Origin: SAR324 cluster bacterium
Lineage (GTDB): Bacteria; SAR324; NAC60-12
DNA length: 64,000 nt
Direction of reading: 5' to 3'
Assembly: GCA_015231825.1 (NCBI GenBank)
Contig: JADGAV010000008.1
Location: 78,515-142,514, forward strand
Shown: positions 39,601 through 49,566 of the stretch, in pieces
Layout: every line of letters starts with the position of its first letter
Position numbering within the stretch: position 1 is the stretch's first letter
Made by a program: the position numbers and the translations under genes
Notes under the pieces: model-generated
What the model was told of the DNA's origin: nothing
Databases searched by the model: none
The model's input: the letters and a program-made list of their open reading frames with translations, nothing else

Positions 39601-41547
39601 GCCCAGGGAATGCTCGGATATTTTAAAGAATCTCTGCAGAGTTTTGAAAAATTTTTCAATGTTTCGGAGCAAACGGCAGACCAGGTTCTTCAGCGTGATA
39701 TTATTCTGGCCCGTATTCAAGTTGCATTGCGAATGGAAGAACCAGAAACGGCACTTTATTACCTCGACAAGGCAGCTGCTGTCTCAGAGAAATCCGGGGA
39801 CCCATATCTCAAAGCAATGTTGGCGATTTATGCAGGGTTCACCCATATGGCATTGGGCCAGCTGGATGATGCGGCTCATTATCTTGAAAGGCAGGCAAAG
39901 GCTCTTGCAGATCGAATTGATTCCATCCTGTTGAACATCCATCTCAAATTCGCCCTGGCAAAACTGCACTGGTTGCAGACGAAAGATACCCAATTCCTTA
40001 AGGAAGCCAATCAAATTCTCGTTGAAATGCACGAACACGAAATCACGGGATTCTACGAAATCTACAAAGACGATCTCAAAAACTGGGCCACTTTTTTCAG
40101 CGACTCTTCCAGCCAGCTTTCAACTTTTCTTTCCGGTAACCTGCAGATGACTCAGTTGATGGAAATCAACCGTGAGATTACGGCAACTCTGGAAGTTGAA
40201 TCACTTTTAGATTATGTACTCAAAGGGGCAATGACCATCGTGGGAGCGGAACACGGGTATCTGTTCACCTATGACAATGATTTTGACAGTTCCAATCCCA
40301 ACTTGCTGCCTGCGCTTCGGCTGACCCGTAATGCCGAAGGAGAATTAATTCCGGTGAACCAGTATGTTTTCAGCAAATCGGTGGTGCGCACTGTGATGGA
40401 TACCAAGAAAACCATCATCACACGTGACGCTCGCAACGAAAAAGAATGGAACCTGGAGCACAGTGTCAATCATCATACTTTACGTTCGATTTTAGCAACA
40501 CCGATTCTGCTGCAGAAACAAATCAAAGGAATTCTTTATCTGGACAACCATCATGCTTCTTCCGTTTTTAGCTTCAAAGATAGAGAAATCGTCGACATGT
40601 TTGCAACGCAAGTCGCCATTGCTCTCAACAATGCCCAAATTTATGAGCAGGAACAGGAAGCTCATCGAAAAACCGAAGCGACGCTGAGAACATTTGAACG
40701 CTTTATTCCCCGTCAGTTTACGGATCGTTTCGCGGAAGGAAACATCGAAAATTTAAAAACCGGACTATCACAAAAAGAAACGCTTTCAATCCTTTTTTCT
40801 GATATTCGGAATTTCACCTCCTTCACAGAATCGATGAGCCCTGATGACATCTTTAAATTTCTCAATTCCTATCTCCTTCGCATGGAGGCTCCTATTCGAA
40901 AACATGAGGGTTTCGTCGACAAATTCATTGGTGATGGAATAATGGCATTATTCGAGCAGTCTCCAAAAGATGCAGTCATGGCTGGCATTGAGATGCTGGC
41001 AACTTTGGAGGATTACAACATTCATCGGAATAAAAAAGGAAAAGTGCCGGTCAGATGCGGGATCGGGATCAATACCGGAGAAGTGATGCTGGGGGTCGTT
41101 GGTTCAAATCAGCGCACGGATACCACGGTGCTTGGAGATGCCGTCAATACCGCTTCACGGGTCGAGGCCTTAACGAAATATTATGGTGCAACTTTTCTGA
41201 TCACTGGAGAAACTTACAACTACGTGCATGGTATGAAAAATCTATTTGTACGATTGATTGACGAGGTACAGGTCAAAGGGAGAGAGAAGGGCACTCAAAT
41301 TTACGAAATTTTTAACGATGCCGCTGATCCTGTCAAAGAAAAAATACTAAAGCAGTATCCTCTTTTTCATCAAGCATTTCAGGTTTATCAGCAGGGAGAC
41401 TGGAACTCCTGCAGCAAATTATTTGCAGAATATGCTGATTGTATTCCTGAAGATAAAGTGGCAGATCGTTTTATCGAGCGGTGTCAATTTTTCACCCAGC
41501 TTCCACCGGAAAACTGGACGGGAATTTACAGGATTGAAAACAAATAG
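36643..41547 (+). CDS. Ser/Thr kinase - STAND-like ATPase - helical repeats - GAF - class III adenylate cyclase
   Basis: Kinase GEGGMG/HHDLK/DFG/APE; FVGRE and G.KGIGRT P-loop; GAF (LRSIL..P, GILYLDN); cyclase FSDIRNFT, KFIGDG, GDAVNTASR. Confidence 0.92.
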   Translation: MWTHSSLIGQLLVKRYEIRKLLGEGGMGQVFLVWDRQTREEKAVKLVDVRKKRIPMEAILRFKTEAETLKSLRHPNIIKYEDFFETDEIYGMVMEYEPSSSLTQYLQKFRTMPIRTVLTLFHQLADALAFIHEKGLVHHDLKSSNIILSEEDGTQTFKLLDFGFAKLLGSSEHMTEGTLIYMAPEQTGILQKNIDHRADLYSLGIVVYQALTGQVPFTSSDPAILVHQHIAQTPEKPTKLREETPKILEELVLKLLNKDPDDRYRTSNGLLKDLFQYQRIVDSYATLDASFDLGEQDHRDSFPQVNPFVGREEVLQNLENIINSTVHLKKGGVVFLEGIKGIGRTTVLSNFFNRLQCRPVGRSIFLSIRKEDFKLPYQLVIRLLNFVIFHLKSLPESEQHSFLLKVKTVFSYRFDLLLELVPQLRPWYDQEHKIELAKGKNWSSEDYEWLIVDLLRAISETMQHAIILIDDLHYVEPKSAQCLINCFERLAEIPVLLIFSYTHEELPRKYLKWIEHYEKEPFFHNLHLGPFQEKHYFDLLQKLFSKQLYDAPKLVVPLYQATQGNPAFLRKLLQDLVDSKLIFFEKQSWNTDLEASLKFIENYNTQLIFDPLRQWEPDDRAILQRGAVFHKAFTMEALISVSSSPPALEHVTESRAIKLLDNALRTGVLFLEAGRYYAFRDNQVRQNLLETLSLDLRRNIHRGIAQHLEEYALPIDPASIYNIAYHWEKAGDTVTAIRYNLKAARHTDDGLFHDRNAEIYYNLALNGLKQIPQDAIEPELQFEIRYNAIRHTLAQSQQFDRLWEETLELEIWVGDDSIKRIKLLYIKAFLSFMRGRKDKMFQYGHEALDLSVTEEEKKQVVGIYNILGRVASEKTFSERIELLCKGIEMAFQYQQFSEAPGSVVILSILLAYQARFKEAHQKIGQYTKILDDHQFPGDELRISALICLETERGNFNEVLALHKKMNYENRFVNPLIQLFYQGRVALAQGMLGYFKESLQSFEKFFNVSEQTADQVLQRDIILARIQVALRMEEPETALYYLDKAAAVSEKSGDPYLKAMLAIYAGFTHMALGQLDDAAHYLERQAKALADRIDSILLNIHLKFALAKLHWLQTKDTQFLKEANQILVEMHEHEITGFYEIYKDDLKNWATFFSDSSSQLSTFLSGNLQMTQLMEINREITATLEVESLLDYVLKGAMTIVGAEHGYLFTYDNDFDSSNPNLLPALRLTRNAEGELIPVNQYVFSKSVVRTVMDTKKTIITRDARNEKEWNLEHSVNHHTLRSILATPILLQKQIKGILYLDNHHASSVFSFKDREIVDMFATQVAIALNNAQIYEQEQEAHRKTEATLRTFERFIPRQFTDRFAEGNIENLKTGLSQKETLSILFSDIRNFTSFTESMSPDDIFKFLNSYLLRMEAPIRKHEGFVDKFIGDGIMALFEQSPKDAVMAGIEMLATLEDYNIHRNKKGKVPVRCGIGINTGEVMLGVVGSNQRTDTTVLGDAVNTASRVEALTKYYGATFLITGETYNYVHGMKNLFVRLIDEVQVKGREKGTQIYEIFNDAADPVKEKILKQYPLFHQAFQVYQQGDWNSCSKLFAEYADCIPEDKVADRFIERCQFFTQLPPENWTGIYRIENK

Positions 41548-41643
41548 GTTTTGTCAAACAGTGATTGAGTTTTCAGTGAAGCGATCTCGATGCCCGGTAA
41601 TTACATTTTGCTTGAGCATTTTTATTTTTAGGAACCAGACATT

Positions 41644-42414
41644 TTGGAAAGCGCCGTGAATAACAATATTTTACGCCTTGAAGGCAAACGTGTTTTAGTA
41701 ACCGGTGCATCCAGCGGTTTAGGTGCACACTTTGCCGAAATATTATCTGCAGCGGGAGCAGAGCTTGTTTTGACCGCACGTCGTCTGGACAAGCTTGAAG
41801 AAATCAAAAACAAAATTCATTCCGCCGGGGGAACGGCGACAGCGATTCAAATGGATGTCTGTTCTGAAGAGAGCGTCGTCCGCAGTTTTCAGGAAACGGG
41901 TCCTTTGGATGTGGTGATCAACAATGCCGGCATCAGCATTATTGGATCTGTCGATGAAATGAGTGAATCGGAATGGGATCAAGTAATTGATACAAATTTG
42001 AAGGGGGTCTGGCTGGTATCCAAAGCGGCAATTAAAGCGTGGAAAACCGTCAATAAATCAGGAAATTTGATCAATATTGCTTCAATAGCAGGAATACGGC
42101 CAAGCAATCAATTGCCTCCCTATATTGCATCGAAGGGAGCTGTTATTCAACTGACGAAGTCGATTGCTTTGGATTGTGCCCGTTTCAACATTCGCTGCAA
42201 TGCGCTCTGTCCCGGATACATTGAAACCGACATGAACCGAACATTTTTAAATTCTGAAGCAGGTCACCGCCAAATCAAACGCATCCCGTTCCGCCGAACG
42301 GGTCAGTTATCAGAACTTGATGGGCCATTACTATTGCTGGCTTCAGATGCTTCCTCGTACATGAGCGGCAGCATACTCGTTGTTGATGGTGCCCACCTCT
42401 GCTCCACTTTATAA
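41644..42414 (+). CDS. Short-chain dehydrogenase/reductase
   Basis: TGASSGLG, NNAG, YIASK, PGYI.T. Confidence 0.93.
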   Translation: MESAVNNNILRLEGKRVLVTGASSGLGAHFAEILSAAGAELVLTARRLDKLEEIKNKIHSAGGTATAIQMDVCSEESVVRSFQETGPLDVVINNAGISIIGSVDEMSESEWDQVIDTNLKGVWLVSKAAIKAWKTVNKSGNLINIASIAGIRPSNQLPPYIASKGAVIQLTKSIALDCARFNIRCNALCPGYIETDMNRTFLNSEAGHRQIKRIPFRRTGQLSELDGPLLLLASDASSYMSGSILVVDGAHLCSTL

Positions 42415-42431
42415 AAGGAGGAGCACATTCC

Positions 42432-43208
42432 TCAGCTCGGAGATTTTATGGCAAACAAACGGTAAGCATTTTCCGTTGTCTGTGCCACGAAGTCATCCAG
42501 CGAAACTCTGCGTTCATTTGCCAGAAATTCTGCGATCACCGGGATATTAGAAGGATCATTGGGTTTTCCACGGAAGGGGATCGGTGCGAGAAAGGGGGAA
42601 TCGGTTTCCAGTAAAAGACGATCCATTGGAACATAACAGGCCACTTCTCTCACATCTTCCGCGTTCCGAAAGGTTGCAATCCCGTTGATGCCGATATACC
42701 AGTCCATCTCCAGTAAACTTCGAGCCATCTCCAATCCGCTGGTAAAACTGTGAGCCACTCCTTTACGGGTGACCGGGTTTTGCCTCAATATCCTTAAAGT
42801 ATCATCTTGAGCGTCTCGGCTATGGAGCACAACGGGTAATGCTAACTCTTCTGCCAACATCAGCTGCTGATGAAACACTTCCTGCTGTACTTCCTTCTCC
42901 GAATGCATGTAATGATAGTCCAATCCTGTTTCTCCAACAGCCACAATTCTTTCGGAAAGGATCGCCCCATTCCGAATTTGTTCGGCGATCTCTGCAGAAA
43001 AAGTGAATGCTTCATGAGGGTGTACCCCAAGGCACCCAAATACCTGGGGATACATCTCAGTGGCCTTTAAAACAAAACGAATTGATTTTTCATCAGTGGC
43101 AATCGTGATCACTTGTTGAACATCCGCCGCCATCGCTTTTTCCAAAGCGTCCTCAGTCCCCAATTTCAACATCTCCAAGTGGCAGTGAGTATCAATAAAA
43201 CTTGTCAT
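42432..43208 (-). CDS. tatD: TatD family DNase
   Basis: DTHCH, GVHPH, VGETGLDY, HSR.A, LLETDSPFLAP.P.RG. Confidence 0.93.
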   Translation of the reverse strand: MTSFIDTHCHLEMLKLGTEDALEKAMAADVQQVITIATDEKSIRFVLKATEMYPQVFGCLGVHPHEAFTFSAEIAEQIRNGAILSERIVAVGETGLDYHYMHSEKEVQQEVFHQQLMLAEELALPVVLHSRDAQDDTLRILRQNPVTRKGVAHSFTSGLEMARSLLEMDWYIGINGIATFRNAEDVREVACYVPMDRLLLETDSPFLAPIPFRGKPNDPSNIPVIAEFLANERRVSLDDFVAQTTENAYRLFAIKSPS

Positions 43209-43385
43209 CTTTTCCTTATCGGATATGATAAATAATTTACCTAGGATTGAACAAAAATTGCTCATTGAAATAGATCAAATCACATTCATTTACAATCTCA
43301 ATCCGAACCCATCCTGTATTTTCTGAAAATGCCTGAAAATCCAATGCGAATTTTGCCAAGACCGACCAACCGCCGCGTCAGAAAA

Positions 43386-43688
43386 ATGATGACTCAAATA
43401 GGATTTCTTTTTTCAATAATCCTGATGCTGACTTCTTGTTACACTACAACGTTTTATCTGGACACAGACCGACTTCGGGTTGCTCATGACGGCGAAGCAT
43501 CCCATGCCAGCACCGTCCTTTCCACTGTGGATCTTGATGATCCCACACAATTGAGACCTCTTTGCCCCAGCGGCATATCCAAACTGGAAATGGAGCAAAC
43601 CCTCACAGACGGCTTACTTCACTATTTCACCCTCGGATTTTACAGCACCCAGACAACTCGAGTCTGGTGTAAACGACGGCATCAATAG
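43386..43688 (+). CDS. Bor/Iss family lipoprotein
   Basis: Lipobox LTSC; CP.G...E.EQT..DGLL...TLG.Y..QT..VWC. Confidence 0.75.
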   Translation: MMTQIGFLFSIILMLTSCYTTTFYLDTDRLRVAHDGEASHASTVLSTVDLDDPTQLRPLCPSGISKLEMEQTLTDGLLHYFTLGFYSTQTTRVWCKRRHQ

Positions 43689-43717
43689 TCCCCAATATCT
43701 TCTCACAATCTAAAATA

Positions 43718-44434
43718 ATGAATTTCAGTACGCTGTCTCAGAGAATCGGTTATCAGTTCATAAATTCTGAAGTATTGCGTCAGGCATGTACTCACAAATC
43801 CTTCGTCAATGAACATGCCGATGCAGAAATAAAAGACAACGAACGTTTGGAATTTTTGGGAGATGCCGTCTTGGATTTGGTCGTCAGCGACTTGCTGATG
43901 GAACGCTTTCCAGATCTCCCGGAAGGTGGATTAACAAAGTTGCGGGCGAGCCTCGTCAGCGAATCCGGATTGAGTAAAATCGCAGAAGCAATCGACTTGG
44001 GGAAATTTATTTTGCTTGGCAAAGGAGAAGAATTGACTGGAGGTCGCGAAAAAAAGTCCATCCTCTCCAGCACATTTGAAGCGCTTATTGCCGCTATTTA
44101 TATTGACAGTCGTGAGCAAGGATTGAACACGGTGAGGAAGGTGATTCAAGACCTCTTTGAAAATGAAATTCCATCGACTGAGGAAACTTTTTTTCCCCGC
44201 GATTATAAAACTGAATTGCAGGAATATGTCCAAAAACGTTTTCACACGATCAGCACTTACAAACTATATAATGCCTCTGGTCCAGACCACGAAAAAGAAT
44301 TTGAAGTCGCAGCATTGATCGATGACAGGGAGTATGGGCGCGGCAAAGGGAGCAGCAAAAAACAGGCAGAACAAGTGGCAGCAAAAGAAGCTTTATCTCA
44401 ACTGAAAAGCACGGAAATGGAATCGGTAAAATAG
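43718..44434 (+). CDS. rnc: Ribonuclease III
   Basis: NERLEFLGDAVL signature; dsRBD DYKT.LQE..GPDH.K.F..G.G.SKKQAEQ. Confidence 0.97.
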   Translation: MNFSTLSQRIGYQFINSEVLRQACTHKSFVNEHADAEIKDNERLEFLGDAVLDLVVSDLLMERFPDLPEGGLTKLRASLVSESGLSKIAEAIDLGKFILLGKGEELTGGREKKSILSSTFEALIAAIYIDSREQGLNTVRKVIQDLFENEIPSTEETFFPRDYKTELQEYVQKRFHTISTYKLYNASGPDHEKEFEVAALIDDREYGRGKGSSKKQAEQVAAKEALSQLKSTEMESVK

Positions 44435-44476
44435 CAGACTGCCGCACAAAAAAGCATACACCAACGAGCAAATCGG

Positions 44477-45235
44477 ATGACAAACGAGGAATCAGAACAG
44501 GAAATAAGGATTCAAAAGGTTATTGCCAATGCAGGGATAGCATCTCGGAGAGCGGCAGAAAAACTAATTTCGGCAGGCTTGGTTGAAGTGAATGGGAAAA
44601 GAGCAAGCCTGGGACAGCGAATGCTCGTTGGTGTCGACGAACTAAAAGTGGAAGGCCAGCGGGTTCGGCTCAATGCCGCCAAAAAGAGCGTTGTCTACGC
44701 CCTGTATAAACCTAAAAATTGCATTACGACTCTTAATGATCCTCAGGGGCGTCCCACCGTCAAGGATTTTTTTCCGGAAACAAAACAATCTCTTTTTCCA
44801 GTTGGACGATTGGACTATGACGCAGAAGGGTTGCTGCTCGTGACAAATGACGGGGAATTCGCACAGCAAATAATTCATCCGAAATACAAACTATGGAAAA
44901 CCTATTTTGTCAAAATTAAGGGACTGATTTCACCCCCGGAACTTGAAAAATTAAAAAAAGGTCCCCGCTTTGGAGGAAGACTGCATCTGCCGGTTAAAGT
45001 AAAAATCATTCATTCAATTCATGACAAAACCTGGCTTGAAGTTTCCTTGCAGGAAGGTAAAAATCAGCAAATTAAAAAAATGTTCAGGAAACTGGGCTAT
45101 TTTGTACTGAAAATCAAACGATATAGTATCGACTGCATCACTCTGGACAATTTGGAACCAGGAATGTATCGAATGCTTTCCTCTCAGGAAATTTCAAATT
45201 TGCTCAATGCATCAGCAAAGAATATTCAGAAATAA
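44477..45235 (+). CDS. rluB: rRNA pseudouridine synthase (RluB/RsuA family)
   Basis: S4 domain RIQK.IA.AG.ASRR, VGRLDY..EGLLL.TNDG, EGKN.QI. Confidence 0.85.
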   Translation: MTNEESEQEIRIQKVIANAGIASRRAAEKLISAGLVEVNGKRASLGQRMLVGVDELKVEGQRVRLNAAKKSVVYALYKPKNCITTLNDPQGRPTVKDFFPETKQSLFPVGRLDYDAEGLLLVTNDGEFAQQIIHPKYKLWKTYFVKIKGLISPPELEKLKKGPRFGGRLHLPVKVKIIHSIHDKTWLEVSLQEGKNQQIKKMFRKLGYFVLKIKRYSIDCITLDNLEPGMYRMLSSQEISNLLNASAKNIQK

Positions 45236-45269
45236 ACTTCCATTTTCATAGACCAGAATTTCCAGGATA

Positions 45270-45285
45270 TGGCATGATACTCGCT
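45270..45285 (+). promoter_or_regulatory. Sigma54-type (-24/-12) promoter candidate upstream of the FapA gene
   Basis: TGGCATG-ATAC-TCGCT gives exact GG-N10-GC spacing, 60 nt before the ATG. Confidence 0.45.
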
Positions 45286-45345
45286 TGCTTCTCTTTTGTT
45301 GAATTGGAAAATTTTTCTTTCTAATCTGTTTTTCAGGAATTATTT

Positions 45346-46980
45346 ATGGAAGAGCAGGAAGTAGAAGCTCTATTTGAATTGAAAGTTCAATCAGGCAAGA
45401 TCTACTTAAGGATCTCCCCCCCGCAATACAATCTCAAAGCAGATCTAGATGAAATCCAGGAGCAGCTTCATGATATGGAAGCTGATTATCTGCCGGAAAC
45501 GCTGCTCGAAATTTATGAAGAAGCCAGCAACAATTTCGAACTGCTTTGTGATGAAGAAGTCACTGATTTTCAGTTCAATATTGAATTGACCAACGGATTT
45601 GCTGGTGCCTATTTGACCGTTATCCCTCCCATTTCTGAACCCACGACCCCCCTTTCTACAGCATTGATGGAAGAAGAATTAAGAAACAAAGGGGTCATTC
45701 AAGGGATCATGAAGGATGTGCTGCAAAAGATCATTGACGAGCAAATCGAACATGAACCTGTTTTGGTGGCCCGGGGGAGAAAACCGGTCAACGGGAAGGA
45801 CGGTTATATTCAACTCGTTTATGGTGCAGACAATCAGAAAAAGAAGGAAGAAGCGCTCCGTGTCAATCATCGGGAAATGAATGTAATTTCAACCGCAAAA
45901 GTGGGAGATGTGCTCGTCAATATCATTCCTCCCACTGCGGGACGGAATGGCTTCAACGTAAAAGGGATGCCGATTTCTGCGAAACCTGGCAAAAAGGTGA
46001 CTTTATTGCCGGGCAGGCATACGGCCTTTAATGGAGACCGGACTCAAATCCGGGCTACCAAGGCCGGTTACGTTGTTTTGATGGACTATAAAATTTCCAT
46101 TGAAAATATTTATAAAGTGCAGAACATCGACGGGTCAGTCGGCAACCTCAATTTTGACGGCATCGTGTATGTCGATGGCAATATTGAAGACGGCTATACA
46201 GTCCACGCAACAGTCAGAATTGAAGTAAGAGGATCCGTCGGCAAAGCCAATCTCTTTACAGAAGGAGAGATCATCGTTGAAAAAGGAATCATGGGGGCGA
46301 CCGTCAAAGCCGATGGTTCCGTGCGCACAGCCTTTATTTCCGATTCTAAAATTGATGCCGGCCGCAACGTGATTGTCAAAGAATATATTCTCAATTCGGA
46401 TGTATCTGCAGGAAAGGTGATCCATGTGACCAACCCGGAAGGATCTTTTCATGGCGGTAACTGTCACAGTGGAAACTTTATCAATATTCCCAACGTCGGT
46501 TCAAACAAACTGGGAGATGAAACCATGGTCGAAGTGGGCATGGACCCGGAAACAAGGCTTCATTTCAAAAGGTTGGAATCCACGATACAGGACAATCTTT
46601 ACAAATTTGAAAAAACCAAAAAGAATTTGATGCTCTTACAGGCAGCCCGGGAAAAAAGAGGAGTGCTTCAATCTGAACATGAAAAAATGTTCAATCAACT
46701 GGCTCAGGAAGTTCAGCAGTTACGTGATGATTCCATCAAAGATATCAAGGAATGGCGGAACACGATGGATATCGTTAAAGTGGAACATGACAAATCGGGA
46801 GGAATTATTTTCATTGCAGGAAATATCTACCCCGGAGCCATCGTTAAAATTCGGCGAATGCTGTATCATGTTCAAATGCCGGTTGCACGCGCAGCATTTT
46901 TATCTGTCAAAGGCAGAATTCAAATGCAGGACTATGATGATGTGATCCGTTTCTACAGACGGCATTTTCTAAAAAAGTAA
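45346..46980 (+). CDS. FapA / DUF342 family protein (flagellar assembly protein A-like)
   Basis: VARG..PVNGKDG, PPT.G..G..V.G, GNLNFDG.V.V.G beta-helix repeats, IYPG..V.I. Confidence 0.88.
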   Translation: MEEQEVEALFELKVQSGKIYLRISPPQYNLKADLDEIQEQLHDMEADYLPETLLEIYEEASNNFELLCDEEVTDFQFNIELTNGFAGAYLTVIPPISEPTTPLSTALMEEELRNKGVIQGIMKDVLQKIIDEQIEHEPVLVARGRKPVNGKDGYIQLVYGADNQKKKEEALRVNHREMNVISTAKVGDVLVNIIPPTAGRNGFNVKGMPISAKPGKKVTLLPGRHTAFNGDRTQIRATKAGYVVLMDYKISIENIYKVQNIDGSVGNLNFDGIVYVDGNIEDGYTVHATVRIEVRGSVGKANLFTEGEIIVEKGIMGATVKADGSVRTAFISDSKIDAGRNVIVKEYILNSDVSAGKVIHVTNPEGSFHGGNCHSGNFINIPNVGSNKLGDETMVEVGMDPETRLHFKRLESTIQDNLYKFEKTKKNLMLLQAAREKRGVLQSEHEKMFNQLAQEVQQLRDDSIKDIKEWRNTMDIVKVEHDKSGGIIFIAGNIYPGAIVKIRRMLYHVQMPVARAAFLSVKGRIQMQDYDDVIRFYRRHFLKK

Positions 46981-47000
46981 TAAGCACTGAGTCTGAAATT

Positions 47001-47840
47001 ATGGCACGAATGAGCAGAACAGAGGTGGAGCGGAGAATCCAGCGAAGAGACAAGATGAGAAATCTCGACCTGACAGGACTCAACCTGGAGGATTTGGTCA
47101 TGGTGGGCGTGGATTTGCGAGATTCGATTTTAACCAGCTGCAATTTGAACGGTGTCAATTTGAGCGGCAGCATGCTGGAGCACTGCAGTTTTATCGACTG
47201 CGATCTGATCGAGGCCACTTTGCAGGAAGCCTCTTTGGTCAAATGTTCACTCGACCGTGCCAATTTTCAAAACGCAAATTTGATTGAAGCAAATTTGCGG
47301 GAAGCAGAAATGAAGCAAACCAATTTCAATGGCGCAAATCTGGATCGGGCACTTTTACTGAAAGTAAGAGCAGAATTGGCAGATTTTTCAAGCACCTCTC
47401 TTTACAAGAGCCGATTTGATGAATCCATCGTTGTTCTATGCGATTTTTCTGCATGTGATTCTGGCGAATTGGAAGCAGCCAACGCTGATTTTTCAGGTTC
47501 AGTTTTTCAGGGAGTGAAAATGGATCGTTCCAACTTCAAAGGCTCCAACATGAGTTTTTGCGATCTCACCGGTGCATTCATGCGCGGCTGTTCGATGGAA
47601 GGAGTCAATTTCTTTTCTTCTACTCTAAAAGAAACTCAACTGACCAAATCCAATCTTCTCGATACCCACTTCATGAAAGTTTACGGAGAAGCGGCAAGAA
47701 TCAATGGCGCCAATTTAAAAAATGCAAACATGATTGATGCAGACTTTACAGGAGGAAATTTTGATGCTTCCTACATGGTCGATGTTGTGGAAAAAGAGAC
47801 CGTTTTCAACGAGGCCAGCTTCAAAAACACCCGCAGGTAG
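47001..47840 (+). CDS. Pentapeptide repeat protein
   Basis: Continuous A(D/N)L/Fxx pentapeptides. Confidence 0.92.
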   Translation: MARMSRTEVERRIQRRDKMRNLDLTGLNLEDLVMVGVDLRDSILTSCNLNGVNLSGSMLEHCSFIDCDLIEATLQEASLVKCSLDRANFQNANLIEANLREAEMKQTNFNGANLDRALLLKVRAELADFSSTSLYKSRFDESIVVLCDFSACDSGELEAANADFSGSVFQGVKMDRSNFKGSNMSFCDLTGAFMRGCSMEGVNFFSSTLKETQLTKSNLLDTHFMKVYGEAARINGANLKNANMIDADFTGGNFDASYMVDVVEKETVFNEASFKNTRR

Positions 47841-47844
47841 ACCA

Positions 47845-48312
47845 ATGCAGAAATTTTGGGGATGTGGTCTGATAATGCTTGTTTCACTGCTCGCTGGTGC
47901 TCAAGCACACGGGGAATATCGAGCTTATGAGCTGGAAGTCTATGACCGGATTGAAAAAAAAACAGAAATTCTAAAAACCACTTTTTCCCCATCCGACTAT
48001 CTCCTCCTGCATGGAGGATCCCAGCGCATCAGCATTGTTACCCGAGCATCCTGGATTTGCTGGGGGGATACATCCCAATTCAAGGAAATCTGTCCTCCTC
48101 CCGATCCGATCAGTCCGCGTTTTTCTGTTGGGGATCAAGTTCAGGTGGTGCTGAAAAGACACGTGACCGATCAATGGGTTGGTGTCATTGAAAACGTGTT
48201 TTACCGTCCAGACCTGAGAAGCAACGTTTACGGCATTCGTTTCAAACAGCAAAAGAACCTTTATGCCCGGTACTATGAAGCCAACCTCCAAGCCGCTGCT
48301 CCCCCAAAATGA
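47845..48312 (+). CDS. Hypothetical exported protein
   Basis: Signal peptide ending AHG from ATG 47845; C-terminal SH3/KOW-like F.VGD.V.V segment. Confidence 0.65.
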   Translation: MQKFWGCGLIMLVSLLAGAQAHGEYRAYELEVYDRIEKKTEILKTTFSPSDYLLLHGGSQRISIVTRASWICWGDTSQFKEICPPPDPISPRFSVGDQVQVVLKRHVTDQWVGVIENVFYRPDLRSNVYGIRFKQQKNLYARYYEANLQAAAPPK

Positions 48313-48435
48313 AACCGACCCTTTGCTGACGTTCTAACGGGATCTTCGTTTTCAATTGCTTTTCATTCAAATCGAACACTTTTTAATGAACGGACCCTGG
48401 CAGGCGTCTCCGTCACTTCCTCAAGTCGATGAGTT

Positions 48436-49566
48436 TCATTGATAAAGCTTGTGAGGTTCTTCAACTCCCCCCCTGTCTTTCCCAAACGAAATCAAATCTT
48501 TCAATAAATGGATGTTCCGTTGAAAAAGACGTTCCATCCAGTGTCGATGATCATGGGTTTTAATTTCAATGACGTCAAAATCTTTCATTTTCGAGGTCAA
48601 ATAGTCATCTGAGGTCATGATTTCATCCACCAATCCTCTTTCGTAAGCCTGGGAGGCCAGCCAATAGTCTCCTGTGGCAACTTCTTCGATGTTCAAATCC
48701 TTGCGATTGTCAACAACATGCTGTTTGAATGCCTTGTGAATGTCCTCAAGATCTTCCTGAAATTTTTGTTTTCCCTCTTCGGTGACCTCCGAAAAGGGTG
48801 TCACCGTCCGTTTGTACTTTCCGGCGGTGAAGAGATAGTAATCTATGTCATGTTTTTGAAATACTTTATGAAAATTCGGTATTCCCGCTACCACCCCGAT
48901 CGATCCGATAAAGGCAAAAGGAGAAGCGACAATTTTATCTGCAACGGCAGCCATCATGTAGCCACCACTGGCTGCAATCACGTCAACACAAACAGTGAGG
49001 GATAATCCTTTATTCTTTAGCCGTGCCAGTTGTGCACTGGCCAGTCCATAGTGAGCAACTGCACCTCCAGGACTGCTTAAACGCACAACGATTTCATCTG
49101 CAGGAGAAGCGACTTGGAGCAGGAGGGAGATTTCTTCTCTCAAATGTTCCACCCCATGTGCCATAATGTCTCCAACAAAGCTAAGCACATAGACTTTTGC
49201 TGTGTGTTTTTTGAAGATCTCCGTGCTTTTCATGTTTGTGCTCAACTGATCTTTTACCTTCGCCAGAATATTGTTTGCTTCCTCCTTCTTTTGATGCGCT
49301 TCTTCTTTCTTTTCTTTCTTATTATTTTTTTTAAGCAGTTTTAATACTCCTTTGGGGAGCGGACTCTCTTCACTCGTCAACTTTTCCAGTTTATGCAAAT
49401 CTTTTTCAAAACGATTGTTGAGCCGTTTGAAACCAATATAACCTTCTTTAGATTTGAAAGGTTTTCGAAAAAACAACAATTTCAGAATCAGCAGAAGTCC
49501 TGCTAATGCGAACAATGTCACGCCTACATAATAAAAAGTATAGTGCTCAACGAAAAATTCACTCAT
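48436..49566 (-). CDS. sohB: S49 peptidase SohB
   Basis: N-terminal TM, F.GDI.A..V..LREEI, SPGG.V..YGLASAQL.R, AASGGYMMA, TAGKYKRT. Confidence 0.93.
   Translation of the reverse strand: MSEFFVEHYTFYYVGVTLFALAGLLLILKLLFFRKPFKSKEGYIGFKRLNNRFEKDLHKLEKLTSEESPLPKGVLKLLKKNNKKEKKEEAHQKKEEANNILAKVKDQLSTNMKSTEIFKKHTAKVYVLSFVGDIMAHGVEHLREEISLLLQVASPADEIVVRLSSPGGAVAHYGLASAQLARLKNKGLSLTVCVDVIAASGGYMMAAVADKIVASPFAFIGSIGVVAGIPNFHKVFQKHDIDYYLFTAGKYKRTVTPFSEVTEEGKQKFQEDLEDIHKAFKQHVVDNRKDLNIEEVATGDYWLASQAYERGLVDEIMTSDDYLTSKMKDFDVIEIKTHDHRHWMERLFQRNIHLLKDLISFGKDRGGVEEPHKLYQ

Noticed and set aside
47001-47840. Pentapeptide protein as a Qnr/MfpA-like gyrase protector
   Set aside because: It is 31 kb from gyrA, has no specific Qnr features and has a motility-like context.
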